DNA of 64,000 nucleotides from an uncultured Gemmataceae bacterium (GCA_963750165.1 CAVVPN010000001.1:352001-416000); one strand, 5' to 3'. Shown: positions 28,431 to 39,567, numbered from the stretch's first letter. Translations and numbers: made by a program. The notes: generated from the letters alone by a model not told the origin.

Positions 28431-29678
28431 TGAACCTCCCCACGAATGGTGGACACCCAGTTAAGAGTGTAAACTCTCCTGAGGAGGTCCATCATGGCCA
28501 GAACCCGACGTACCTACACCCCGGAGTTCAAGCTCGAGGCCGTCAAGCTCGTCACTGAGCAGGGCTACTCCGTCGCCGAGGCCGCACGCTCCCTCGGCAT
28601 CCACGAGACCCTGCTCCGCTCCTGGAAGCAGGCGCTGGAGGCCAAGGGCGGCCAGGCCTTCCCCGGCCAGGGCAAGCTCTCCCCCTTCGAGGAAGAGAAC
28701 CGCCGCCTCCGGGCCGAGAACCAGCGGCTCCTGGCGGAGCGCGACATCCTAAAAAAAGCGACGGCGTTCTTCGCCAGGGAGGCGACATGACCTTCCGCTT
28801 CATCGAGGAACACCGCGGCCAGTGGCCCGTGCGCCTGCTCTGCGAAACCCTGGAGGTCTCGACCGCCGGCTACTACGCCTGGCGCGACCGCCCCGCCAGC
28901 GACCGCGCCCGGCGCCGCGACACCCTCCTCGTGGAAATCCGCGCCATCCACGCCGAGGTCAAGGCCCGCTACGGCAGCCCGCGCATCCACGCCGAGCTGG
29001 TCGCCCGGGGCCAGGACTGCTGCGTCAACACCGTGGCCCGGCTCATGCACGACCACGACCTCCGGGCCAAGACGGCCCGCAAGTTCCGCTGCACGACCGA
29101 CTCCAACCACGACCTGCCCGTGGCCGCGAACCTCCTGGATCGGCAGTTCAACCCCGCCGCGGCCAACGAGGCGTGGGTGGCGGACATCACCTACATCCCG
29201 ACCCGGGAGGGTTGGCTGTACCTGGCTGTCGTCGAGGACCTGTACTCGCGGCGGGTGGTGGGCTGGTCGATGGCCGACCACCTGGAGAGCCGGCTGGTCG
29301 TCGATGCCCTGGAGCTGGCGGTGCAGCGCCGGCTGCCGGGGGAGGGGTTGCTGGCCCACTCCGACCGGGGCAGCCAGTACGCCAGCGACCACTACCAACG
29401 CCTCCTGGGCAAGCACGGCATCACCTGCAGCATGAGCCGCCGGGCCGACTGCTGGGACAATGCCCCGATGGAGAGCTTCTTCGCCTCCTTGAAGAAGGAA
29501 CTGGTGCACGACGCCGACTTCGCCACCCGGGCGGAGGCGCGGGCGGCGCTCGTCGAGTACATCGAGGTCTTCTACAACACGCGGCGCCGGCACTCGTCGC
29601 TGGGGTACGTGTCCCCGGCCGAGTATGAACAGTCCGAATAACCGTTAACCCCGTGTCCACTTTTCGTGGGGAACTCCA
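28431..29678 (+). mobile_element. IS3-family insertion sequence (orfA 28494-28790, orfB 28787-29641)
   Basis: TG...CA ends with imperfect IRs tgaacctccccacgaatggtggacac / gtgtccacttttcgtggggaactcca; A7G motif; DDE motifs WVADITY, HSDRGSQY, DNAPMESFF. Confidence 0.95.
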
Positions 29679-30335
29679 GTGCATGGCAAGGGAGCGGTTC
29701 CCGGCGAGCATCACTTCGTCGCTCTCTATCTCGTTCCCCGCCTGACCAGTTTCTCCTTCCTCGGCGTTCCGCACTTCGTCAACCCAGACGGCATGAAAGC
29801 CAGCGTAGGCGATGTGGTGTTCTGCTCATACGCGCCTGAGAAGAACATTTACTATGTTCCGACGAACCGCCTGAAGATCGAGGTCAAGCTGGAAAACCCG
29901 CGAGATGGCTTCATTGAACTCACCCGGTTGCAGTATTACCACTGGATCAGGCAGGAACGGAGACCAGAGGACAAGGGCAAGCCGAACCTGAGCGCCCAGC
30001 CCGAGCAGCCAGACCTCTTCGTGGGGGTTTCAGAGCAGGGCGTCGTGATTTTGCCGTGGGCCACCTTCCGCGACATCTACATCAAGCAGGTGTATCCGAA
30101 GGGACTGACCGACATTCTGAAGATCAAGAACAGGCCGAGCCCCACGGGTAAGTTCTCGATGAGTTGTTTCGACTGGCCCAATGATGGCAGCAGTTCTTAC
30201 TACTTCGGTTACTCGAAGAAGGTGGAGAAGTGGCCGAAACTAGAGTCGTCGTTCATGGAGTCCTTGAGACGCCAGTGTAGCGAACTCACCTCGGGTAGCC
30301 CGATCCAACCGCTTCAGCCACGACCGGACGTGTGA
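29679..30335 (+). CDS. PD-(D/E)xK nuclease-like protein, probably 5'-truncated by IS3
   Basis: GDVVF...IEVK motif; ORF starts exactly at the IS end. Confidence 0.5.
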   Translation: MHGKGAVPGEHHFVALYLVPRLTSFSFLGVPHFVNPDGMKASVGDVVFCSYAPEKNIYYVPTNRLKIEVKLENPRDGFIELTRLQYYHWIRQERRPEDKGKPNLSAQPEQPDLFVGVSEQGVVILPWATFRDIYIKQVYPKGLTDILKIKNRPSPTGKFSMSCFDWPNDGSSSYYFGYSKKVEKWPKLESSFMESLRRQCSELTSGSPIQPLQPRPDV

Positions 30336-30356
30336 AGAAAATGCACACCTCCATAC

Positions 30357-31876
30357 CTTGGCAGTCGCACTTTTCCGAGTGCTCAAACCGCGAGATTTAC
30401 GCAGTTTTTCAGCGCTTCGATGAGTTTCAGGAGTTCCGTTGCATCGGCCGACTTGGGTTTAATTAGGGCGTTCAAAGTCGCCCGCCGCAACACGGCAACC
30501 ATATGACGCAACGACCATTCACTCTCCCAGGGTCCCATCACTTGGCGCAATTCCTCCGCCTCCGGCAACTGCCGACCGGCGGTAAGATACCACACCATCA
30601 CGACGCTCTGCAACGACCACACCCACGGCGCCACCTTCTCCACCGCTTCCCGACTGTAGTGTTGTGGCGCCTCGAGGTCCAGCACCTGTTTGCTCGCCCG
30701 GAACAGTACCTCAATGGACCAGCGCCAGGCGAACTGCGTAATCACCCACCCCACGTCCGCACGCATGTCGGTCGTGAACAGGTAGGCATCGTCCAACTTC
30801 CCGTCCGGGTCGCGCACCACCACCACCTGCACCGGCCGCAACCCCAACACCCGCGGCCACACCGCCCGGTAGGCGAACGCCCGCAGGACGCGCTGCTCCC
30901 CGTAGACGGTCACCGTCACCGCCTGCCACACCCAGTCCCCGGTGGCCACGCGCTTACGGTCGGCCTTGGCGGCGGCTGCTTTGGGGTTGGGCAGACGCGG
31001 CCCCTTCTGCGCCTTGCGGCCGCGCCGGCCGGGCTTGGCCTGAGGCAGACGCGGGTCGTACACGGCCGCGTCGCCGCGCAACCGGCCGACGAAGGTCACG
31101 CGCTCGTCCAGGTCCGCCAGCAGCGCTTGGGCCGCGTAAGCGCCGTCGGCCACCAGGGTAAAGCGCCGGCCGGGGAACCAGGCCAGCACTTCGGCGAGCA
31201 GCGCGCGCGCCAGCAGTGGGCAGGACGGCTGCGCCTGGCCGGGCCGGTGCAACCGGGCCAGCAAGGGCAACGCCAGGATCGGGGCGTTCGCGAAGGGCAG
31301 GCAGACGGCGACGGCGACGACCACCCAGTTGTGCCCCGCGGCCGTGGCGGTGCGTTTGCGGGTCGAGGCGACGGCATCGCGGAACCAGCCGAGGCCCCAG
31401 ACGTGCTTGCCGCGCTTGTGGGCCAGGGTGTCGTCCACCAACAGCGTGATGGTGCCGCCCAGGTGGAGGCGCGTCAGGATGAGGACGGCGACGTGGTAGG
31501 CCAACCCGGTCACGGTCCAGGCGGAGCGCGCAAAGAAGTTGTAGGTGGTGTCCAGGCCGTGGCGCCGGGAATGGTCCCGCAAGTCTTGGGGTTGGGCGGT
31601 GTCGGCGACGCGACAGAGGCGGTGCTGGCCCAGGCACATCACCCAGCCGAGCACGAGTTGGCAGTGGGTGTGGAACGAGGGCAGGGTGAAGGCCGGGGCG
31701 AGGGCTTGGACGATGGGCTGGAGAGAAGCTATCATCAGCCACATGAGGGGCTCCTTCCGGCGAGTGCATGGCTTGAGAACCTATGCACAAACTTAGGAGG
31801 AACCCCTCTCTCTTTCTGCGACAGCCCCGTGACACTATCGGTGTTCGTCTGTTCATGGAAGCGTGCGACAGTTCAG
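30357..31876 (-). mobile_element. IS701-family element, copy 1 (transposase 30383-31744)
   Basis: 1520 bp; ATAC target duplication; VDDT, ADGAY and RWSIEVLFR motifs. Confidence 0.92.
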
Positions 31877-31958
31877 ATACCGGGGATCGGCTTCGAGGCG
31901 TACCGTTCTTATGGGTGTCGAGCAGGTTACTCGCCTCCGTCCGGCTGGCTTTGCCCAC

Positions 31959-32255
31959 TTATCGTCCCTGAATAACCTCCAAGACCCCGAGGACTTGGTT
32001 CAATAGCATCTCGAAGTCGAGAAACTTGATGTCGGCGATCTGCATATCACGAGACGCGATGCCCTTCATAGTGATCGGTTGCGGCAGGTGTGGCGCAGCG
32101 TCAGGGAACTCCTTCTTGATGTTGTCCACGATAGAGTTGAACTGTTCGGCGATCTGGATGGAGATATGCTTCTCCTTCTCCTTCGCCGATTTGCCGTCCA
32201 AGGTGTTCTTGAAGGCCGTGATCGTACCCTTGTGGAAGTCGAGCGAGGTCGGCAT
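31959..32255 (-). CDS. Hypothetical helical protein, paralogue B
   Basis: GGAGG RBS; aligns end to end with 32284-32583. Confidence 0.75.
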   Translation of the reverse strand: MPTSLDFHKGTITAFKNTLDGKSAKEKEKHISIQIAEQFNSIVDNIKKEFPDAAPHLPQPITMKGIASRDMQIADIKFLDFEMLLNQVLGVLEVIQGR

Positions 32256-32283
32256 GGCTTCCCCCTCCTATTGCGCCGGGATT

Positions 32284-32583
32284 CTACTTTCGCTCTTGGA
32301 GAACGTCCAAGACGGCTAACACTTGGTTTACCATGATCTCCAGATCGAGGAATGACACTTCGGCCTGCGAAGCCAAGCGAGCAACATGACCGCCCCAATG
32401 GATCGGTTGCGGTAGATGGGGTGCTGCTTCGGGTGACGCCTTCTTGATCTCTTCGATGACGGTGTTGAACTGCTGGGCGGTTTGGATCGAGATGCGCCCG
32501 TCCTTCTCCTTGCCGGACTCGCCGTCCAGCGTGTGCTTCACAGCCAGCATCTTCGCCTTGATGAAATCAAATGCCGTTGGCAT
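32284..32583 (-). CDS. Hypothetical helical protein, paralogue A
   Basis: Shares ISIQxAxQFN, AAPHLPQPI and FLDxExxxNQVL with paralogue B. Confidence 0.75.
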   Translation of the reverse strand: MPTAFDFIKAKMLAVKHTLDGESGKEKDGRISIQTAQQFNTVIEEIKKASPEAAPHLPQPIHWGGHVARLASQAEVSFLDLEIMVNQVLAVLDVLQERK

Positions 32584-32600
32584 GTGAGTCTCCCCGTTGG

Positions 32601-33248
32601 TCAGGCCGGGTTCCTGCTGATGAAGTCTCTGATCCCGGCCACCATCAGCTTCACTTGCTCATGGGTGTAGTCGCCATACTTCCCATGCGCCGCAGCATTC
32701 CGAAGATCAGCCCACGCCGTTACCTGCTTCTGGTCGTTCTTGTTGTAGGCCCCAGCCTTCGCCAAATCCGAGTTCATCGAGTCGAGCTTGGGCTTCGGCG
32801 GGACCGTGACGCCGTGCTTGCCGCAGAGCTTCCGCAAGTGCTCTTCGAGGACGCCGCCCGCGATGACCGCCGCAGGGTCTTTATACCCTTCTTGCAGGAA
32901 GTATTCGGCCATCGCAAGGAAGTCGGAGAACAGGTCGGCGTGGATAAGTTCCTCGAAACTCTGAAGACGACCGGCCTCGTAATCGCCCCGGAGGGCGCTC
33001 AAGATCCCGCGAAGGCGGAACTCAACTTCCTCGTCGCGGCTCCTGCTGATGCTCTTCACGGTGTTCTTGAGCACCGACTCCATCTGGTCGAGGTAGGCGC
33101 TGCCCGGTGGGGCGAGCCGCCTGATCGCGGCGCAGGAGAGCGTCGTGATTTCTTGTACGTTTTCAGGAACCCAATTGCCGCTGAGTTCTTTGCGGCGCGT
33201 GAACACGGCATCAATCTGGGTCAGCGCCGTTGATTTGTCGATGGGCAT
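32601..33248 (-). CDS. DUF4145-like HEPN domain protein
   Basis: AAVIAGGVLEEHLRKL and RNAAAH (RxxxxH) motifs. Confidence 0.8.
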   Translation of the reverse strand: MPIDKSTALTQIDAVFTRRKELSGNWVPENVQEITTLSCAAIRRLAPPGSAYLDQMESVLKNTVKSISRSRDEEVEFRLRGILSALRGDYEAGRLQSFEELIHADLFSDFLAMAEYFLQEGYKDPAAVIAGGVLEEHLRKLCGKHGVTVPPKPKLDSMNSDLAKAGAYNKNDQKQVTAWADLRNAAAHGKYGDYTHEQVKLMVAGIRDFISRNPA

Positions 33249-33311
33249 AGCCTTCCTCTTCGTGGGGATGCCGTATTATAGTGTTCACGCAAAGAAAAAG
33301 GGGACGTAGTG

Positions 33312-33536
33312 TTAGTTACGAGGTGGCTGTGGGTTGATGAGAAATGGCCCCTGATCAGGTGGCACGAGTTCCAGTGTGGCCTCGACGAAATGTTCTTGCT
33401 TCCTATTGCCTTTGAGCCAGTAGGTGCAGATGACTTCTCCGCTTGGCGTGTAGCCGTCCACGGTCATGTCCGGGCCACCGCCGCTTTTTGTGCGGACTGC
33501 ATCGCCTTGTTTGAATTTCTGCATGTTCATCTTCAA
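33312..33536 (-). CDS. DUF2158/YodC family protein
   Basis: FKQGDAVRTKSGGGPDMTV..CTYW..F.EATLE. Confidence 0.8.
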   Translation of the reverse strand: MKMNMQKFKQGDAVRTKSGGGPDMTVDGYTPSGEVICTYWLKGNRKQEHFVEATLELVPPDQGPFLINPQPPRN

Positions 33537-34089
33537 CCTTTCTCCAGATTATGCCACTTGTCACGCACCTTACGTATAGCGTGGTAGGGGGAATTCACGG
33601 GATGGAGTCGCTTGTGGTATGGGTCGGGAAAATCGAACAACCTCCTGATCTCATCGTGATATTGGCGATAGAATCGCTCATCATCGAGTTTCCCGCCGTC
33701 GAGATACATCCCGCAGGCAAGTTCGTATGAGTTCAAAAGAACCTCGACGGCCTCCTCATAGGCCGTTTGGAAGGAAGCAATTTGACGGGTCTCGTCAGCA
33801 AGAAGTTTGGTGGGAAGTTTGCCACCTTGCAGGTCGGCTATTCGCACAAAAAGCTCGCCCACCCTCATCCTCGCCTCGTTGATAAGACGCAGGACGGAAA
33901 GTTCTGACTCGGCAGTCAGTCGTCTTCCGGTCTGTTCAGCGATGGAGTTCGCCTTCTCGGCAAGCGTGTTGGCAGCAGCAGCGCGGTCCCCGGCATTCTT
34001 GGCGCTTGATCTGTTCAAGAAATAGCTGACGATGGCCCACAGGAGCGCTGCACCGAGAGGCACGCCAAGATCACATCCTTCGTGTCCAT
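33533..34089 (-). CDS. Membrane-anchored hypothetical protein (DUF4760-like), probable frameshift ~34055
   Basis: N-terminal TM; LNSYELACGMYL..D...F..QY motif; ATG 34089 sits right after the upstream stop. Confidence 0.55.
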
Positions 34090-34091
34090 TT

Positions 34092-34280
34092 TCACTTCTT
34101 CTTTGAATCAGATTTGCTCGCTGCTCTTTCAGCCGCCGCTTTTTGCTCAGCCGCCCGTCTCCCGGCCTGCGCCAGCTTTTCCGCCATCTCGGTCGCCATC
34201 TTCAGCAGCGCATCGGCGCTCTCTTGTAAATTTCGTTCGGTTCTGCCCACCACCTTTGGCTTGTCGTTGTTCTGGCCCAT
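34092..34280 (-). CDS. Small hypothetical protein
   Basis: 62-aa ORF packed into the operon-like run. Confidence 0.45.
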   Translation of the reverse strand: MGQNNDKPKVVGRTERNLQESADALLKMATEMAEKLAQAGRRAAEQKAAAERAASKSDSKKK

Positions 34281-34338
34281 GTTTGTGCTCTCAGCCCTTG
34301 ATCGCTTGAAACAGATCGCCCCGATTCTGCACGCTGGA

Positions 34339-34689
34339 TTACTTCTTGATCGCAGTGAAAAGCGCCTGTAGTTGTTGCGTCATCGCCAGCAGGGCCTCGA
34401 CGCTCCCGCTCTTCGTGAACCGCCGCAGCGTTCTCGGTTGGGGCCAACCGAGTGCTTTGGCGATCTCCTCGACGATGGCTTCCTTGGCTTCTTCGGTGAG
34501 GGGCGTATCATCCTCGTAGGTGAGTGCGTCGAGCGCCCGCCCGATGGCGATGATCTCGGTCCCCAAGTTTGAAGATGCAAGGTCGCTTGCCTTTTTGATG
34601 AGACCCTTCGTCACATAGATCTGGTCACGCGCCACCGCTCGCTCGATGCGCTCCGCGTATTCTTTGCCCACTTCCTTAAACGTCGGCAT
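34339..34689 (-). CDS. Hypothetical protein
   Basis: MPTFKEVG..., 116 aa, same strand as the cargo run. Confidence 0.6.
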   Translation of the reverse strand: MPTFKEVGKEYAERIERAVARDQIYVTKGLIKKASDLASSNLGTEIIAIGRALDALTYEDDTPLTEEAKEAIVEEIAKALGWPQPRTLRRFTKSGSVEALLAMTQQLQALFTAIKK

Positions 34690-35556
34690 CGTTGCCCCCG
34701 TGCATTCCCGCAGTGATAACTTCCGTCCGCCTCGACCATCCACCAACACGACATTTTACCAGACGAACCCGCTCGTCCCAAGGTCAGCAGCAGGAACGAA
34801 AAAGGCCCGACGGACCTTCTCGCGTTCGGTCGGGCCTCGTGTTTGGGGAAGTGCGGGCCGTGGCGGGGCTCAAGCCGGGTTGCCCGTCTTCCCCCTGAAC
34901 GTCTCGTTCGCAGAGGGCCGTCTCGGGCAGGGAATCGGCTTCGGGCCTTCTTCCTCGGGATCTTCGCCTCGGCCAGAACGCGGGCCGCTACTCTGAAAAA
35001 GCGACCGCTTCCGAACACACGTTCACACAAATCGCGTTTTCATGCTCTCTGGGTGAACGGTAGTTCATGACGACTTACTTGCGGGTGATACCGAGGACGA
35101 GCGCGATCTCGACCACTCCATTGCCCTTAGCCTTGAGTTCGTTATCCTGCGGACAACCTTGGGGGTCGAATGCGATGTCTTGCTGCGGCCTGTTGACTGG
35201 ACTTTGTAGCGGCGGGAATGGCCGGACTAAGCAAGGAAAGGACGCGGACAACGGACAACTGCCTCCACCGTGCTATTCACAATGAATCGCCTCCACCGAG
35301 GCTCTGCCACCCTTTTTCGGGCACGTCGCCACGGGGAAGCAGGCCCGGTCCCTGTTCGACGCTCTGATCCAGTCGGCGGATCGGGAGATGCGGCTCGGGC
35401 AGTCATCGGCGTGGAACCGCTGTTTTGGAGATGTGTGCGACAGGAATTTAACCGATCACCGGACAATTCGTTTAAGGAATCGTTTAAGAGGAGTAATTGG
35501 CGGAAGCGTTTAATCGAGCAGTCGCCATAAACCCTTTGGGCAACTGAAGTTTCAAG

Positions 35557-35628
35557 AGCGGGCGATGGGATTCGAACCCACGACGTCCAGCTTGGGAAGC
35601 TAGCATTCTACCACTGAATTACGCCCGC
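35557..35628 (-). tRNA. tRNA-Gly(CCC)
   Basis: Reverse complement GCGGGCGTAATTCAGTGGTAGAATGCTAGCTTCCCAAGCTGGACGTCGTGGGTTCGAATCCCATCGCCCGCT. Confidence 0.95.
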
Positions 35629-36029
35629 AAGTAGTTATCATTTCAGGGCTTACGTCGATTGCCTGTTATGTTTCCTATCTGGTTGGAACATTGATTGGAA
35701 CAACTTTAAGCCTGGTCGCGACAAATCACAAAAAATATGACACTCTAGCACCAGGGGTGGGCAGAATGCGGTAGGCGGCGCCGTAAGGCCTTTCGTTGCT
35801 GCTGCTTGCGTTACCGGCCTCGTACGCTCCGTTCGGCCGAACCGACCAGGTGGCTCACTATCGGGGCATTTGCGGTCAAAAGCGCTTGTCGGTACATGAC
35901 TTACGCTGCTTGGACGCCAATTCGGTCACTCCTGGTGCTAGAGTGTAAAAAATATTCTACCCGGCCCATTGGATACTTCAAGAGAATTCTGGAATCCAAG
36001 AGCCGGGGGTGTGGCAAATCTTTCGGGAG

Positions 36030-36257
36030 TCAGACAGCGAGGCAGAGTTGGGCCTCCCAGTAGTCCTGCCAGGCGCCGCTTTGCTCCAGGGCCTCCAGCG
36101 CCATGACGCTCTCGGCGTTGTCCCCGTCCCAGCGCCTGCCGCGCCCCTTGATCCGTTGCGTCGTTGCCTTGCACATCGACTCCGTCGGACCGCTGCCGAT
36201 CTGCCGGCCCATCTCCTGGAACTTCGGATATTGGATCATTTCCCGGCTGTCCGTCAC
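36030..36257 (-). pseudogene. ISKra4/ISLre2-like transposase C-terminal fragment
   Basis: Y..F...G.QIGSGPTESMCK...R.K..G.RW motif. Confidence 0.7.
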
Positions 36258-36850
36258 CTAAATAGAAGCAACCAACAGGGAAAGTAGTAACTACGCTGAC
36301 CGGCCTTTGCCCTTCGGCTTCGGCTGCAAGTACACGGCATCCTGGACCTTAAAGGATTTTCGCTCGGTCAACCAGGCCAGCACCAGGTCCACCAACTCTT
36401 CGAGACTTTGGCATTGATGGTTCCGCGTGATCTGCTCGTGCAGCCGCCACCACACCCGCTCGATCGGGTTCAACTCCGGCGCGTACTTCGGCAGGAAGTG
36501 CAGTTTCACCCGATCGCCGGACTTCAGACAGAACTCCCAGACTGCCCAGCAGTCGTGGTGGATCTTGACGTTGTCGCAGATCACGTGGATCACCCGGTAG
36601 CGGCGCAGGCGCCGCCGCAGGTCGTGCAGGTGCGCCACGAACAGCGCCCGTCCTTCTTGGCCCCCCGCGTCGTGATGAGCTTGCCCGTGCGCCAGTGCAG
36701 CGAGCCGGCCAGGTAGCCCTTCTCGTTGTCGCCGGGGGTGACCACTTCGGCCTGGTGCCCCTTGCGCATCCACCTGCGGCCGATCTTGGGGTTGAGGTGG
36801 ATGTCCATCTCGTCCTCGAACACGGCCGTCTCGTCGTCGGGCGGCCATCC
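36258..36850 (-). pseudogene. IS630-family transposase fragment (frameshift ~36650)
   Basis: FEDE, ICDN and LPKYAPELNPIERVW motifs. Confidence 0.8.
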
Positions 36851-37545
36851 CGCTGCTGGAAGGGGTGTTCAACCAAACCCGCCGCACCTACGTGGTCCTG
36901 AGTCTGGCAAACGCCTACCTGGGCCGGTATGACGCGGCGGAGGCGGAGTATCGGACGGCCCCCGAAATGCTGGAGTGGTTGGACAAGGCCATCCGCATCC
37001 TGGAGCCCGTCGTGCAGCGGACGAACGAGCGGCCCCAAGCGCGGCAGATGCTCCTCATGGCTTACGAGCACAAAGCCTGGCAACTACCGCGGCAAAAGCG
37101 CCACCACGAGGCGGTGATCCTGTACGACCGGGCGGCGGAACTCTGCCCGGGGAGCAAACTATCTCTGTTATTGGCGAACCGGCGGAAAATGCAAGTCTAC
37201 CAATGCTAGATCCTGGTGAAGCGTGCCATCGAACAGGCGCACGCGGGGGAACACGTCAAGCCAGCCCAGTTGGCCGAGCAGTGGGGCGCCCTGCCGGGGC
37301 CGGCGAAAGAGCCGTGGGTGAACGCCAGCCGGGTTCTGTCCCAGTGCGCCAAGGTTGCCAGCCAGGAGGACCAGCGCGAGCAGTACGCTGCCAGGGCTGT
37401 GCGGCTGCTGGAGAAGGCCCGGGCGGCGGGCTGGTTCACGACCACGGCCCGGAGGAAGGAATTGGGCGATCCGGTGTTCAAGTCGCTGCGGGGCCGCGCG
37501 GACTTCCGGGCGTTACTGAGCAAGGTGGAGGCCCCGCTGCGCTGA
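36851..37545 (+). pseudogene. TPR-rich C-terminal remnant (kinase/TPR-like)
   Basis: Two ORFs (36865-37209 and 37216-37545) split by a stop; ends DPVFKSLRGRADF; 5' end lost at the IS630 fragment. Confidence 0.55.
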
Positions 37546-37680
37546 AATCGTCCCCCGCCGGAGCGACACCACACGCGGTATGCTGGATTGACAGATCGCC
37601 GCCTTCCCCTTTGCCGCGCCCCGGTTTACAATCCCACAGTCGCTCGCCATCGCGTCCGCCACGCCGCCCCTGGGACCGCC

Positions 37681-38724
37681 ATGTTCGACTTTCTCCGAGC
37701 CAACGTCCGCGCCATGGCCGGCTACACCCCCGGCGAGCAACCGCAGGGCGATACCTTCGTCAAGCTCAACACCAACGAGAACCCCTATCCGCCGTCGCCG
37801 CGCGTCTTCGACGCCCTCCGCACCGCGCTGACCGGCGAACGCCTCCGCAAGTACCCCGACCCGATCGGCACCGCCTTCCGCCAGACTGCCGGCCGTGTCC
37901 TCGGCGTCGATCCCGACGGCATCCTTATCGGCAACGGCTCCGACGACATCCTGACCATCCTCACCCGTGCCTGCGTGCCGGACGGCGGCCTGGTCGTCTC
38001 GCCGACGCCGAGCTATGTGCTCTACCGCACCCTGGCCGAGCTGCAGAACGCTCGCTTTCAGACGGTGCCGTTTCGGCCCGACTGGTCGCTGCCGCAACCG
38101 TGGCCGCTGCCCGAGGCGCACGTCACCTTCGTGGCCAACCCCAACTCGCCCAGCGGCACCGTCGTGGCGCCGGCGGACCTGCACGGCCTCGCCGAACAGC
38201 TGCGCGGCCTGCTGGTCATCGACGAAGCTTACGTGGACTTCGCCGAGGCCAACGCTCTGGGCCTGACGCGGCGCCGCAACGTCGTCGTGACGCGGACGCT
38301 GAGCAAGTCGTATGCGCTGGCGGGGGTCCGCTTCGGCTTCGCGGTCGCGGATCCGGCCCTGGTGCGCGAACTGGTCAAGGTCAAGGATTCGTACAACTGC
38401 GACGTACTCAGCTTGACGGCGGCCACGGCGGCGCTGCACGATCAGGAGTACTTGTGCGCCATGCGCGGCCGCATCCTGGCGACGCGGCAGCGCCTGGAGC
38501 GGCGGCTGGCGGAACTGGGCTTCCTCGTGACGCCGAGCCAGGCGAATTTCGTCTGGTGCAGCCGGGCGGATCGGCCGGTGCAGCCGATCTATGAGGAGTT
38601 GAAGCGCCGCCGTATTCTCGTGCGCTACATGAACTACGCCGGCCACGGCGACGGCCTGCGCGTCTCAGTTGGCACCAATGAGGAGATCGACCGGCTGTGT
38701 TCGGAACTGCAAACGCTGGTTTAG
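37681..38724 (+). CDS. hisC: Histidinol-phosphate aminotransferase
   Basis: KLNTNENPY, GNGSDD, NPNSPSG, DEAY and RTLSKSY motifs. Confidence 0.95.
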   Translation: MFDFLRANVRAMAGYTPGEQPQGDTFVKLNTNENPYPPSPRVFDALRTALTGERLRKYPDPIGTAFRQTAGRVLGVDPDGILIGNGSDDILTILTRACVPDGGLVVSPTPSYVLYRTLAELQNARFQTVPFRPDWSLPQPWPLPEAHVTFVANPNSPSGTVVAPADLHGLAEQLRGLLVIDEAYVDFAEANALGLTRRRNVVVTRTLSKSYALAGVRFGFAVADPALVRELVKVKDSYNCDVLSLTAATAALHDQEYLCAMRGRILATRQRLERRLAELGFLVTPSQANFVWCSRADRPVQPIYEELKRRRILVRYMNYAGHGDGLRVSVGTNEEIDRLCSELQTLV

Positions 38725-38734
38725 AATCAATGGA

Positions 38735-38834
38735 TTAGCCACAGAGGACACAGAGAACACAGAGAGAAAGACAGAGAAAACAATTCATTGGATTTGTTTT
38801 TCTCTCTGTGTTCTCTGTGTCCTCTGTGGCTAAT
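38735..38834. repeat. Inverted CACAGAGRA-type tandem repeat element
   Basis: ttagccacagaggacacagagaacacagagagaaa...tttctctctgtgttctctgtgtcctctgtggctaa. Confidence 0.8.
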
Positions 38835-38848
38835 TCTGGAGCTGTGCG

Positions 38849-39459
38849 ATGAAGACTCCTTCGGCTGAAACGCTGCCGCGTACCGCCCGCGTCGAGCGGC
38901 AGACGGCGGAAACAACCGTCAGCCTGGCCGTCAACCTCGACGGCAGCGGCCGCGCCGAACTGGCCACCGGCGTCGGCTTCTTCGACCACATGCTGACGCT
39001 GCTGGCCCGGCACAGTCTCATCGACCTGACGGTGCAGGCCCAGGGCGACCTGCACGTGGACGCGCACCACACCGTGGAGGACGTGGGCATCTGTTTCGGC
39101 AAGGCGCTGGCGCAGTGCTCGGCGACAAGGCGGGCATCCGCCGTTATGGCGCCGCGACGCTGCCGATGGACGAGACACTGGTCACCGCAGCGCTGGACCT
39201 GAGCGGCCGGCCGTTCCTGGTCTGGTGCGCGGCGGTGCCGCCGGAGACGCTGGGCAACTTCAGTTCGCAGCTGGCCGAGGAGTTCTGGCGGGCGGTGTCG
39301 TCGAGCGGGCTGTTCAACCTGCACGTGCTCTGCCACCACGGTCGCAACACGCACCATATCATCGAGGCCGTCTTCAAGGCGACCGCCCGGGCGCTGGGCC
39401 AGGCTGTCGAACGCGACCCGCGCGTCAGCGGCGTGCCGTCGAGCAAGGGTGTTCTGTAG
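38849..39459 (+). CDS. hisB: Imidazoleglycerol-phosphate dehydratase (frameshift ~39116)
   Basis: FFDHML and DAHHTVED in the first ORF; PMDE, NTHHIIE and PSSKGVL in the second. Confidence 0.92.
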
Positions 39460-39567
39460 CGAGTTGTCCGTCGGCGGCTGTCCGTTGTCCGTGCGTGGTG
39501 GCTTTGCTATACTCCTGGAATGGTCGGATGCCCGACAGGGGACGGCTCTCGAAGCGAGGAGAACACG

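Noticed and set aside
34780..35460. Possible ncRNA or gene remnants in the island
   Set aside because: Only a terminator-like hairpin (~34800-34845) and short degenerate ORF pieces; no supportable call.
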